Shown: positions 49,694-62,952 of the stretch, piece after piece | Layout of the letters: every line of letters starts with the position of its first letter | Position numbering within the stretch: position 1 is the stretch's first letter | Source: Amphiscolops sp. MND2022 | Taxonomy: Eukaryota | Length of the DNA stretch: 64,000 nt | Direction: 5' to 3' | NCBI GenBank assembly: GCA_964187785.1 | Contig: OZ076413.1 | Location: forward strand, 25,420,001 to 25,484,000 | Notes under the pieces: model-generated | What the model was told of the DNA's origin: nothing | Databases searched by the model: none | Seen by the model: only the letters and a program-made list of their open reading frames with translations | Translations under genes and position numbers: made by a program

Positions 49694-51612
49694 CACGGGT
49701 GCCTAAAGTCAATTAACCCATCCATTATTTGACCATTGTCTTTTCCCATCAGTGAATTGCAGGCATTCACAAAAAAGAAAGAATGGAGGAAAGAGTATGC
49801 CATTATTTGCATCATTGGCACTTTTTGTTTCGAATTGTTTACGAACGCATTTATTGTGCAAATATGCAATTTACTTGTGATCTACTTGTAACACACAGAA
49901 CGTTGAATTTGAATATTGATCAGCCAATCAGAGACAAGCTGCCTTCCGCTTTACTCACCTCCCATGTTTTAGTTCACACACATCTCAAACACTATTAGTT
50001 GTTTGTCTTTCACTACAGTGTTTCAATGGAATAGCCAAGGCTGACATGACACTAAAATCAGTTAGTCTTCGTTCTTTCACAAAATTGGACGGTTAACAAG
50101 ATCTGTGGAGGTGTATATGCAACAAGACGCTTGTTCAGAAAGCCAGCAAGGGATACTCAAACTCATTCAATCACATTAAATCAGCACACCCTAGCTAGTC
50201 TAATGAAAAAGATTTATCACAACATTATTAGTAAAAAATGCAAAACAGCCTATTCATGGCTGAAATGGATGTTTAGGAATGAAACTATCTTAGATTGTAG
50301 AAACTCCCCTTACTCATGAATTTATCAGATTGGATTCAATCAAAGTCTTTACGCTAAAAAATTCTCTGGAGAAATTCATTTAGAAAACCGAAAACATCAT
50401 AATATCAGAGTTAGAAGAATGCTTCGCTTTTGTTTTAGAACTCTCTGTCGGGAAAACTTACAACACTCAAGTTGGCAAGACAATTGGGACGATTGACTGA
50501 TCTACGCCCTATTCAGAGTAACGATACAAGGTGATCTCGTGCCTATGCTATGTTTTCTCGTTTTTTTTTTCAATTACAGCCTATCATCGCGTCATCTACA
50601 GTTTACGATTAAGTAACGACCGGCGATCTGATTCCCTCACCTAGAGAAAAGCACGAAGTGACAAGTTTATTTGATGAACTGCAAAAGTTAGAGAGCAAAA
50701 CAAAAACTTTGCTGCAAAATGATATTCGACTTTCCGATGTTCAATTTTTTTCGTATAGGCGACAAGTGAGTTTCTCCAGTTTGATCAGTACTGCAGCAAA
50801 AACGCCTGCATTTTTCTTTTAGTCTCATAAAAAGATGCCATCGTTGAAATACAAAACGGCGAAGAGAGCACACTTACGAAGTCTGAGAGCAAATCCGTGG
50901 AAATGCTCAAGAAGAATTGTAATGTTGAAGTTACTACAATAGACGGTTCTCCAGAAGAAGGCGATTTCGCTAAAAATCTATTAAAACGCAGAAAAATGGT
51001 TGAAAGAGTCGATAAATATGTTTAACAGACGTTACCCTTTCTGCTGCCGACGTCAAAACTGGTTGAACGCGTCTTTAGCTCAGCTACATTTACTTACACT
51101 TATTTACGCCAGAAGCTGCTGCCCATGTTTCTAGAATTAATACATTTTTGAAAGTCAACAAAGCACTTTGGAACGAAGAAGTGACTACGAAGGCGCTGAA
51201 CGAAAGTTAAATCAAAAACGAATTTTTGGTTATACATTTGTTATACAATAGTATAATATAGTTTTTGCTACCACCATCAATTCTATCAAGCCAAGCCATC
51301 GACGCAAAAAAGGGATTCCCCAGTGACCTGTTTGGACAGACCGCGGAAAAAGGGGTATTCGCTTGCAAGCAGTCTCTAGTTTATTTGAATATTCGATTTA
51401 CCATCCTAGTTTGAGTTGTTATGATCTTACGATCAACATGTTAAGATTCGAATTCACCAATCAAGATTCAACACTTAAAAATACGTAAAATGATTCTTCC
51501 ATTACTAGCCATTATTGGGAAAATGGCAGACCGCCCCCTTTCTATTCGCGTTATTCGATTGCAGCTGAACAATTTGGAAAAATGGAGGGCAATTAAATTA
51601 TAGGCACCCCTG
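49694..51612 (+). mobile_element. Defective hAT transposon, right copy
   Basis: TIRs CACGGGTGCCTAAA / TATAGGCACCCCTG. Perfect 8-bp TSD GTTTAAAT at 49686-49693 and 51613-51620. Confidence 0.9.
50046..51210 (+). pseudogene. hAT transposase pseudogene
   Basis: BED-like WRCICNKTLVQKASKGYSNSFNHIKSAHP. C-terminal FLLPTSKLVERVFSSA...LRQKLLPM...FLKVNKALWNEE matches the hAT dimerisation-domain pattern. Confidence 0.8.
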
Positions 51613-52064
51613 GTTTAAATTATCGGCAACTTCATTTTTCTGCGTCAATTAAAGTGTCAATAAGAATGATAATCGGTTCAAATTTGAGGCGTGTTTGCAC
51701 ACTGACATGACAACGTTTGAGTTACAATTTCCCAGACGTCCGACCGAAAAAGCCGGCTCAAATGAATACTTTGAAGAATCGACATTCCTTTTGAGACTGG
51801 CTAACAATTGCGTGATAATTCAAATTATCGGAATCGTTTGTAGTACTTTACATTTCGAAAAATAATTTATATTAATATAAATGGCCATCACTGCTTGTAA
51901 AACAAACAACTTTAGCAGGCCAGTCTTTTGAAGAATTTCAAATTTTAGGAGTTTTTGTCCGGAAGAACATTTGACACTTTTTGATACAACAGAGAACGCA
52001 ATTATCCTACATAGTTGCCTCTAGACATGAAACTTTCCATTTTGGATGCAAAGCTTGAACAATT

Positions 52065-52791
52065 TGTAACGACAAGCGCTGGTGCTTAACGGAAACCTAA
52101 AAGTGAAGGAACCATAACACTGAATGTGATCCGAGACTTAGATCTTCATGGCCCTAGCTCATTTTGCCTCCAGTGGTTGCCAGTTCCAAGGCGGGGGAAC
52201 TGTCTTATGGTATGCACTCTGGCCTGGTCCCAGCCTTTAACTGCTAAGAATAACAGGCATCTTTCTTGTACTAAAGACCACTGGCTAAGTTGCCTGTTAG
52301 AAAGGGGCCTAAAGATTGATTTGAATTTAAATCAAAGATCTGGGAAAATTAATAAATCGGCAATAAAAAAGTAGCACAAATGTTATACAGACAACTCTCG
52401 AGCGTATCAATCTAAATTACGCAAAAAACATAAAATAACACAGTTCGAGTTCGTTTTGTCCATTGAAAAAGGGCAAGACCTAAAGGAAGTACCCATCACT
52501 CTTGCTGGTAACACCGCAGGACGCCAACAGGGATCTTATGCAGATATCCGGATATACAGGTTTCTACTACAAAAGACGTAAACTTTTCTCAAAAACTGGC
52601 AAATACCGTGAAAATACACGCAAATTGCTGCCCTTTTTGTTGGTTTGGTTTTTTTTCGTTCTCGCGGGCGGCTAGTTTGGTCTTTTGGGACTAATTCTGG
52701 GCAGGTACTTTATTCCAAACACGCTCAAGCTGCCACGTCAGATTTGAACCATTTTTTTTCGAAAATTGTGACATCGAATGTTGCCGTTACA
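52065..52791 (-). repeat. 3' LTR copy 4
   Basis: On the minus strand it reads TGTAACG...CGTTACA and is preceded by CAGGGAGTGA. Its downstream flank (GTTCAAGCTTTGCATC...) is the same as that of LTR 15018-15727. Confidence 0.85.
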
Positions 52792-53507
52792 TCACTCCCT
52801 GGGCTTCTGGCCTGTCGTCCCTGGCAAGTGTCACAGGGCCTCGTTCTGGAACTAGTTTGCTGTGGCTGCTGAGGGCTGTAGTTCAGACAAATCCTTGCCT
52901 TTCGGCTTGTTTTTTGGTATTTTTATTTATTTCACCTAGGTAACTTTTTTACTTCCTAGTTATTTTACAAAAATAAGGACAATCTTCTAGCATCAGCTCA
53001 AAAGCTAGGATTTTCAGCCGTTTAAAAGTTGTTTTTTACAGTTCTTCATGTTTAAAACGTCTTTTGCAGCTAACGCCAGCATTTTGTTTGTCCAACTTTG
53101 TTCTCGTGCATTTTTCTCAGGTGTCAGGCGTTCCAAATTTTTTTCTGGGAGCGCTTGGGCTCTGCTACAAACACAACAGTCGATAGCATTAACAGGACAG
53201 AAAACTAGAACTCAACTGCAACTAAAGCGGTTTTTAAGCTATGGCGACTCAGAGACACCGCGAACGATGGAGAACAAAAGCATCAGTACTGTTTCGTATC
53301 TTGGTTTCTTTTCTATCTTCAATGTAAGCAGGTGGGGCAGGCGCACGCGCTAGCCGTGCACCCACTGCAGGAAAATAAGAATAACAAAATAACAAAGTAA
53401 CTAACTGAATGAACAAACAATTGTACTTTTGTAGCATTGTTAGCACCTATGCTTTTGGCATCAAGTTTGGCACCAGTTCTGGAGTTTGTGAGACATCAGT
53501 TCCAATG

Positions 53508-56500
53508 TCAAGGAGCGCGAACGCTCCAGGATACTGTTCATTGTATGGAACCATGTCTGGTATGTTCCTTAGCTGCTTTTCCCTCATTGCTCTCATCATT
53601 GCTTTACAGATTATTTCCCTCGGAGGCAGAGGCTCTTCTCCTGGGTGAAACCACGGTTTCTGTGTCTGAGACTTCCTCGGTCAGAGTCAAATCTTCAATC
53701 GGCTGCACTAGTGCGGCATTGGGTGTTAACTCTGCGGTATGTTCTCCTGTAAGTTCTTGGATTACTGGTGCTTGTCTGGATAGACTAGACAGCCAGTTTC
53801 TGAGATGGTGCTGGCGGGGCAAAAGAGATTGGTTGATCGAGGCATGGCCTTGGTAGGCGCGAACTCCTGCTGTCTTTCAGTCTCTGAACGGCTCTTTACG
53901 GCTAAGACAATGCGCTTCGACACAGAACCAGGTTGTCTCCACAGCTCGAAAGCTCATTTCCAATAAACGAACCCGGCGGATTCGATCTTCAAACACTGCT
54001 CCTCCCAATCGGCAGGGACTTTGGCACCCAAAACAGTGTTTATGACATATTTCTTTGGTAGAGACATATCACCACACTTTGTTATCTTGCCCTGGGGGTG
54101 CGAAACGGGGTCTTGTTCGGTAGGGGTGATACGGTACTTCAGATTCCTCTGGCGCACCTGAGCGGCACCTTCAATCCAAGTTGGAACCCTAGCTAGATCC
54201 GAATGCTCCAAATGGTGGTGTAGACGATTTGGCGCGCGCTACTTTACGGGCATGCGCCCATCTCAATGGATCCTTCCCATGGCGTTTCGGGATGGATGGT
54301 GATACATTTGAAGGTGTAGTTTGGGTCCACACGGGTGCTACCTCGTAGCTAGACGGGAATATTCTCTGCAACGGTAATATTGAGCCCACGGTAATCCTAA
54401 TCAAAACCTTTCTAAAATCATTGGGATGGATACCACTTCACTGGGCTGTGTTCGCGGAGCAGTGGACTCGCTTTTCGACTACAGGCGCGCAGAACGCCCA
54501 TCAGGTTTTCTTCAAGTTGTCTTTCGTCTTGATTGTTGTGTATGCCTGAGGCATCTCTCTACTTATGACCATCTCCAACATGCGGGGATATGTCAGTGGC
54601 TGTTCTCCTAGAGGTGCAGATGGAGACCGACTGTATGCGTAGAGCCGCGACTTTGTTGGATATCCAGCCACTCCAATTGGGCCAAAGATTGGAGCTAAGA
54701 CAGGCGTCAGTACCACCATTAGGTCATCGACCTCGGCAAGTGTCAGCTCAGCAAACTGCTACAGCATGAGAAATCCTGTAGTTTTCCAGACCAATTGTCA
54801 ATCCGGACCATGCAATGGCTGCACTTGGTCGACTGCGACAAAAATCGACGCATAAATAAGGAATTAGTATAGCCAGTGCTGCAATTAGGCACACAGCCTC
54901 TCGAACTGCGCTGTGTAGTCCTGTTTGCCTTGGACACACAGGATGTGCCCCCAGCGAATTCGGCTACAAAGTTGTCCCTCTGCCAGGACCAGATTAGTGT
55001 TCAACATAATCAGGTCACAAGACAAGACAATCTCTATCAATAAGGCCAGAGGAACGGCCACGAACTTCGTAGGGCTCATCGCTAAGTCTAGAGACAACAC
55101 CTCCTCAACGGTCATTTCGGCGAAGGTCTCCATCAATTTCAGTGCTTGGTGGCCAGTAAGACCGAACCCAGACAGAGTGACGTCCGGGTTTCAGCCTAAG
55201 CCAAAGCTAGTTGAAAGGGCTTCAATGGGAAGCGATAGATCACGAGATATTTCGGACCTTGTTCGACGGACTATTCGGGTTTGGTACCAGTGCGCATAGG
55301 TAATGGCACGCGCTTCAGTCTCGACCTTGAGGTTGATAGCATCGTATGCAATGATAGTTCTCAAGCCAATGGAGATTTTAATTGGCTCCGTTCTAGCTGC
55401 GAAACAAATTTGCGGAATCGTCCGCTGCACGGCACGTACCGCAGGCCAATCTCCTATCTGCTTCATCAATTTTGTTAGCTCTCCACGAATGGGGACTTCG
55501 ATGGTGTTCCTTACATGCCAGTTATGACGACGCATCGCCTCTCGTTCGGCGGGAGTAGCCTCTCACATGATCCGGTGACCTCGCTGATGAAACGTGAGTC
55601 GACCCATCGTCATTCCAAGGTCGTAGTGAATTGCATCTTCTAAAGTTAGGTGAACGTGGTCCAAGCAATCAAAGGACTGTACCACTATTGAAATGGCGGC
55701 TATGTAGGCATGATGAAACAGAGCTGTTGGCACAAAGTCGCCAGCACAAACGCGCAAATTCGGGGTACAGAGAGCAAGTTCAATGCGGCGGGCCTTGCAT
55801 ACTTCCATCAACAAGTACACGAACCTTTGGAAATCCCTTTCCAAGTACATCAAGCCGGGCGGTGACACAATTAGAGCGGAGGCTCCTAACCGACCCTGAA
55901 GGATCTCGATGACAACCTCCATTGCCTTGGCCACCAGTTGTACCAGGTGTCCAGCTCGCTCAGGGTCGTTGCCATCTTGCATGGCTGTGTTCATCTTCAC
56001 TAGCAATCTCTCGCAAGGCATGTGATCTAGAAGATTCGCGAAGATCACGCGCTGTGGTGGTGGCTCTCTCTTAGTGAGCCCGAAAGCTCAGGTGCGAATA
56101 TCGCCACTGCCATTTCTACCATCTCGGGGATGCGGGCCAGTGGCATGGTCACCACCATTACATCCGGCATCAGGTTGTCAACAGACAAGTCAGTTCGGAA
56201 GGTGGAGTCCATAACAAAACAGTAGCGGAATCGCTGCAGCATGCTCTTGGGGAGAGGCTTCAGAGATGACGGGTTGCTGGCATATCTGGCATTATCCTCC
56301 ATGTTTTCCCGTCCTTCAAGGTATACCTCGAAGGAAATTGCTCCGTCAGGTTGTGCTACGAGGTGGCCAAATAATCGTGAGGCGTTCGTGTTAGTCTTTC
56401 CTGAGCACTTTGCTACCATGCCTGCTCAGTCATGTTATCGTCATGGGCACGTAGCGCGCGGGTGAAGTTGGCTACGATGTTGTATTGGTTTACCGCTTTT

Positions 56501-58229
56501 TGGTTCTCGTCGTTAGGGTGAATTAGTTTCTTAGTGACTTACCTCTGGACATTAAAGGACTCGGCGGCCTCCTATATGGGTTTGGAATTCGGGTGACGAC
56601 CGAACCAGAACCGTCCTCAGACGGTGGAAGATAGGCAAGTGGAAGAGTTTCAGCGGGTTCGATGGGTTCCGCGGGCGTCTCCACTTGCGCAGTTGAAGAC
56701 GTCGATGTGCCCGAAGGCACAGAGCTCACGTTAGAGCTGGCTTCTGTAGTTCCATATGTCTCACTGGCTTCATCCATGGAGCTTTGTGGTGGTAAGGCAG
56801 GGCCTCGGTAATCAACTTTCGGGTGTACAGGAATGACGACGCTGCGCATATTTGGCTCTGAGGTGTCTCGGATTGCCATTGCTTGTCAGGCGGCGGACTG
56901 CTGTTTGGGCTGGCCGTCTCTGCGGCTGGTGCGGTTGGGGCGATTGCCTCCTGCGGCGACCTCCTTTGTCCTGCTTCGTCACTAGGGCCAGCCACCAGTT
57001 GCGGTTTTGCCTCTCTGGTGTTATCCGTGGCTTCGGCTTCCATAGGCAGGGACTCAATTGTTGGTACTTGACGTGCGCAAGCCAAGGGCTTCGCCGTGGC
57101 GCGCAGGTATGCGGTCATTCCTGGTAGTGTCTGTTGAATGGCTTGCACAAAATCTGAAGGGTCAGGACAGTTAGCTACGACTTGCAGCTTCACTATTACT
57201 GCCTGCTCTCCCGGATTCCGGAAAGTGAGATCTGGGTTCGGCAGCGGTGCAAGACGGGACCCCGAGGACTCCCGAGCAGACTGTGGTGCGTTAGACGTCG
57301 TGTGTAAAATCATATGCTGGCTCCAAATGCACGGGAACCAGCGCAGGAAGGCGTAACTGGTGCCGGTTTTGGTACCAGAGGTTGGTGGATCTGGTCAAGG
57401 ATGACTTCACGAGTGGGTTAGAAGTTCTACCTTGGGACAGGTAAAGCTCACCTCCCCGGCAGATCCGTCACTAGAGTATGAGTGCTACTGTTAAGTGTCA
57501 ACCAAGGTTGTTCAGTAGACGATGCCTGGAACCAAATCCTTAACAGTACTCACCACGTTCAAGGTATGCCCAATGCTGAGAGGAGGTCGATGCTTTTGTA
57601 ACCAATGTTAATTCGATGGGTACTAGAAGGTACTATTTCTCAAAGCTTCTGAGCAATTGCGCACGGATTGAAGTCGCTTGACGCTGGCCCCCTCATGTCA
57701 TTTATGTTGCGGGTCTATGATGTGATAATATTGTAGTTTGGTCGGTATTTGTTGATCTGAGGGACTTTGTTGCTAAACTCAGTAAAAGCCCATGGCTAAA
57801 TAGCTCCAAAAGATCACTGAGACACCAGAGGTTGGGAGTCACCATCTGGAGAGGTTGATGTTGCTGGGGCGTGGTAGAAATGGCGGCAACAACCTCAAAG
57901 GTGCCTCTTGGTCGAGAGCATTACTTTGAGTAGGTCCATACACCGCGTTGGACTGCTCATCCAGAAATTGATGGATTAAGTCGTACCCGTCCCATGCGTT
58001 GTTTTGGCAAGTAAAAGTGCGCCGGTATGGCGAGAGACATGCCTGGCAGCGCCAACACGGCAGCTATTCCGGCAACTGCCACAGGCGGGATTCCACTTTT
58101 TTAGGCGTTTTTCGACATACTGGGCCTGATTGACCCGCTGCGCTCGAGCAGCTTCCTGAGTCATAGGAGTGCCAGCAGGCACTGACGAAGCCACTGTCAA
58201 ACTAGGGTAAAGTGACATGCTGTGCTCAT
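53508..58229 (-). pseudogene. Extra ORF2, right copy (SGNH-like domain ~55640-56240)
   Basis: ATG at 58229 (MSTACHFTL) and stop at 53508. Peptides match left-copy ORF2. Retains ~350 bp (54370-54720) missing from the left copy and lacks ~280 bp (left 10395-10675). Confidence 0.75.
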
Positions 58230-58481
58230 ATGTCTAAAAAGGTGTGCGTCAGATAGCTTAAAATACAACGATGGTTAGAGTATAAGGCTCACTACCAATT
58301 GCAAGAATAGAACAAAACGAACTCCTTAAGGGCGCAGGACCGATCTTTATGTAGTTAGACTAAAACTAGCTAAAACAAACTAAGTACAAAGTTTGCTGTT
58401 AACAGATATGCATTCAACTACGTAGGAGTGCTTAAGGCTCTCGCGGAAGAGAATTTATAATAAATTAAAGGTTTATTCATT

Positions 58482-60560
58482 TCAGCCCACCTACACGCTG
58501 AGTATGAACACATTATGTAGGTTTTGTAGGACTACGCGGACATTAGTACCCGCGAACAAGTTAAGTCCTTTACTGCGTGATATAAGTGAATGGACTGGTT
58601 GTTCAGAATCTAGAAAAGGTAGGTGGATCCTAGTAGACCCACTCTCAATTAGTCGCTGCACCAACTTCACCATGCAGCGACGATAATCGTCAGCTATCAG
58701 CAGCGCACGCTGACTCGCCCGAATTATCAACAAATGGATAGTCTGAGTCGGATCGTCAGTGATATCATGTGGGATGGTCAGGGATGGTCAACCGCTCACC
58801 TGAGGTTGAAGCAAGAATCCGCGCTCATTCCCACACTCTCGTAAAATGCACGGCAGAAGGACAGAACTAGTTCAAGGTCGGTGGGACGGGCCCACGCAAT
58901 ATCGCCTTCTGCCAGTGGGTAATCAGCCACGTCGTATGAGATGTAATCCACCTAGTAAGGAAGCAGTGCTCCAGGGTACACTATTTCTCTGCCAGGTCTA
59001 TGTCGGACGGAAGGCACACTCGAGGAATGCGCCTTTTACGGCGGTTACGTCTTGACACATCAAGCACGGCAGTTCTCAGTTTTCACTGTTGGCCTTGGCC
59101 CAACCATCCAGTGCGCCTCGGGCAGCCTTCAGTAGAAGTTGATCCTCGAAAGTGTGTGTCCACTCATCCAGCAAACGATTTCGCGGATAGTTGGGAAAAC
59201 AGGTTATATTCAATTCCACCCACCAGGCGAGTTTCATTGTTCCTCGGTACCAATCGATGATGTGGAAGCACACTAAAAACTCCGCAGTAGTAAACCTCCT
59301 CTCCAAACAGTACAACAAGTGCGAAGAATCTACCAAGGCTTCTACACGTGGGACGATGACCATTAGCCACCAAAGCGGGGCTGGGCTGTAGACCCCACCA
59401 GGCTCTACATGTACTCCATACTTGTCACATAACAAATTGGCAGTTATGCAGAGGACTTTTCCATGACTGGACCACTCCTTAAACCTGTGGCACGGGGTTT
59501 TCCCTACCCAAGGCAACGACAACTTCTGGAGGATTGTATCTACTGGATGGTCTCCGGTTCCTTCTACGGAAGAATACGTCTTCTCGGCTCGCACCGTGAG
59601 GTAATAAACCAGGTCTTTGCTCTGCATTTTTTCGGGAGGAACTCCCCGGTCTCCAGTGGGAAACCCCCGGTTCTATCTTACAGCCAGTATGCAGACCCAA
59701 TCGCGCAGTCCACATGTTCCACATTTGTAGCGTGGCTGACATTTGCTGTGCAAATGATATCTGGGAAAATTCTGTGGCAGTTGGAGCCACAGGCTCCGCT
59801 GCTTTCATCGGCATCATTTTCTTCCTCATTTTTGGTTTCGTGGGTGGGACCAGCGGATTTTTCTTCCGCGCTTTGTTGGTGTATACCCCTACCCGTTTTG
59901 AGAGAAGGAGCGGTCCTCACTCCTGAGAGCGTGGCAGTACTGGCAGGGGCTGAAGGTTGCGGGTCATCGCTTTCAGTTTTCTCAGAAAGTTCAGGCACAT
60001 GCGTGGCTGTAGACTAACTAAATCGGGTAGTTGCTGAGGAATTCTGTCAGCGATTGATTAGTCAAAAGGGGCGCCGACGTGGAGGGTTCTTCCTCGGACA
60101 CAGTCAACGGAGGTGATGGAGAGCGCGCAGGCTCGCGGTCAGGGAATAGCTGAGGTAGATAGTTGGTGGGTGATATCGATGTATCGGATGAAAATATGCG
60201 AGCCACAGGCTCCACGTGGTCAGCGTCTGGAGGATTGCGTGGCATGAGAAACACGGTATTGGACATTTCATCATCCGTGCCAGATGTGGAATAATCGAAC
60301 TGCTGATAGTGCATTCGTGAACTTCCTGCAGGGAGTTTCGTTCGGGGTCGAGTAACCATCCAGTGACGTCTGCGCGAAGGCAGACACATTTGATGCCTCT
60401 GAAACTAGTTGTTCGGTCTTATAGGAAGGTTGGGACATGTCGTCGTCGATGACGTCGGCGGAGCGCTCAGGCTCCGGGTCCATCAGCACTACGACGTCAC
60501 AACTATCCACTCTGACGTGGCTTGAGGCGTTCACAGTGAACGTTTTGCCCCGCATCAAGG
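58482..60560 (-). pseudogene. pol: Long post-integrase pol extension: Pro/Ser/acidic linker, possible AT-hook, TARG1/Poa1p-like macrodomain(s)
   Basis: ORF pieces 60018-60389, 59678-59998, 59076-59627 and 58491-58733. The terminal segment QTIHLLIIR...DYRRCMVKL...ESGSTRIHLP...LFAGTNVRVVL has macrodomain-like spacing. Confidence 0.55.
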
Positions 60561-61195
60561 ATGTAGACACGACCTACTTAGAGTACATGAACTGTCTAAT
60601 GAGGACCACGCCAGGCACGCATCAGCTTTTGTGAGCTCTTTTGCGGTACATAACGGCAAATGACCCACACAAGTTCGCCATGCTGATATTCCTGTGCACG
60701 AACGGCATGGTCGTATTTCAATTTTTTGGCGTAACTGGGGTTGGTGCCTGTTGCGCCGCACCAAGTCATGTATCTCCTGTTGGCGAGCCAACACATGATC
60801 CACGTATGCTTCACTTGATTCAAAAAGTTGTGTTGCAAACCCAGGGTACAGGAACGCGAGGGGATGGACTTTTTGACGCCTCACATGAGCATGTATGGCG
60901 AAAAGACAGTGTAATCCCTCGTGACTTCGTCGAGACATTGATCATAGTCGCGATTGCGACGTGAGCAAAGCACACGCAACAGTGCAAAAGCACACGCAAA
61001 GTCAAGAGCGTACAATTTTGTCGCTCGACAAGTCCCTGAGAATGCGGGTGCCCCGCGGTAGAGGTCACCTTGGCTACATGCGATGCTATCAAATACACAT
61101 TTGACACTTCCGCTGTTAAGTTAGGAGCCTTGCGTGTTGATGTGCCATATGAGGTGAACCACTTCTGCAATAACAAAGCTATTGTTTTTTTCTCA
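60560..61195 (-). pseudogene. pol: Integrase (partial) and C-terminal region
   Basis: HPHSQGLVERQNCTLLTL (catalytic Glu helix) at ~61010-61050, and LKYD.AVRA.Y..G.LVWV...KLMRAWRGPH. The N-terminal HHCC finger and first Asp are deleted (junction ~61195). Confidence 0.8.
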
Positions 61196-62250
61196 ATTAA
61201 GTGATAAGCAGCGTACAATTCCAACTTTAGGGCGCCGTATTTTGCTTGCGTGGCAGTCAATCTCTACCGTACACAATGGGGCAAAGGCGGCGCTGCCTCG
61301 GCGGTCCTTGCCACTGATGCAGGATGCTAGAAATGACAACCGCGCTGGCATCAGTATTCATCACATTTCGCCTTCAGAGTCAGGCTGCACTAGCGCAGTC
61401 GCAGAAATCAACGCTTGCTTCATTTCGTTGAAAGCTCTTTGCTGCTGCTCATGACCCCAAGCAAACGTTGCGTTAAGCCCTGTTACCGTATGCAAGAGCG
61501 CGACCAAATTAGCATGCCATGGAAGGAACTGGCGATGGAAATGGGCAAGTTCCAAGAAGCCTTCGATCTCCGTTTTGTTGCGGGGAACCTCCTAATGACA
61601 CAGTTTGGCTACTGCCTTGGGATCAGGCTTTACCCCCTCCAAACACTTGATATCAGACTTCATGAAGTCAAACTAGGCCTCTCGCAATTTGAAGCCAGCT
61701 TCACGGAGGCATTCAAAGACCTCTCGCAAGCAAGCCTTGTGATCCTCCACTGTCTCGGTGGCGTTGACAATATCATCAATATACGATATCAACATGCTTC
61801 CTTCCCGTTTGGCAATGTTTTTGTAGCGCGCGCTTTTGCTCGCTGGAAAGTGGTTGAAGCGTTGCACATGCTCTATTCGAACAAGCCAAATTCACAAGCA
61901 AAGGCAGTCTTGTAGCGGTTGACATTCCTGACCGGAGTTTGGCAAAACGCCCAGACAAAATCAATGCTAGTGTAGATCTTGTCTTTGCCTTGTCTAGCCA
62001 GGCTTTCATCAATGGGCGAGGGTAGGCATCCATCTTTGATGATTACTTCATTCATTGGGCGGAATTCGCAGCAGAAGCGCAGTTCTCCGATTTTCTTTAT
62101 TCATCACGATACCACTCGCCCAAAGGGACAAGGAAGGTTGTATCATCTCCAAGGCCGAGATACTGCGCACTTCCTTATTGGCACGTTCAGCCTTTTAGGA
62201 GACATCTGCCTTGCAGCTTCATGATGCGTTATAGCCCCATACCTCGACCG
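61195..62250 (-). pseudogene. pol: Reverse transcriptase and RNase H (N-terminal part), frameshifted
   Basis: IYTSIDFVWAF.Q.PV...KTAFACEFGLFE, YIDD at 61772-61783, NTDASAVVISSIL, TATQAKYGALKLELYAAYH. Confidence 0.9.
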
Positions 62251-62952
62251 GATGCTTAGCAACTTTGCATCTGCCTATGTCCGTTTTGTGTTTCATCAAC
62301 ATATCATCGACTTCATTGAGTTTCCCAGAGAATCGCAAACACTAGTGCCCACATGTCTTTAACTTCCTGAAGTTGAGAGTCAGGCCCAGGAATCGGAGCT
62401 ATCAACTCCGAATCGCTGCCCTTGCGAATTTTGCGCTCCGACGAGTCCTCCTTACTTGGGTCAGTGGAAGACAAAAACTCAAATTCAGATGAAGACTTTA
62501 ACTCAGATTCAGTTGATAAGTTCATTTCGTCATAAATCTTGTAAACAAGTTTTGCGCGAATTTCCTCAGCTTCAGATTTTTCTGAGGTACTCTCTAGTTT
62601 CTGGGGTACGGCTTCGTAAACCAATGACACTGGGACTACCGTGCCCAACTGTGTGCCACTGCGCACACGCTCTGGGTTACTCGTCAGGTTTGTCAAGCTG
62701 ACGTATAATGTCCCTGTCTCGCCAATAGTGGGCACGCTGTCCTCAAAAAAGATGACATTGTCAAGGATAGGTCTGCAAGGGAGACATTGAGCACAAAATT
62801 TTGGAAAATTGGTCGTTCCAAAGTTTTGATTACTACGGCAGCGCGAGCTACCATCCTCTCAAAAGGCTGCAATACATCCTGCTGCGCTAGAGTTACAGGA
62901 GAGGAAAATGGGACTAACGTGTTGCTCCACTAGCCGCAGCACTGGTAAAGGA

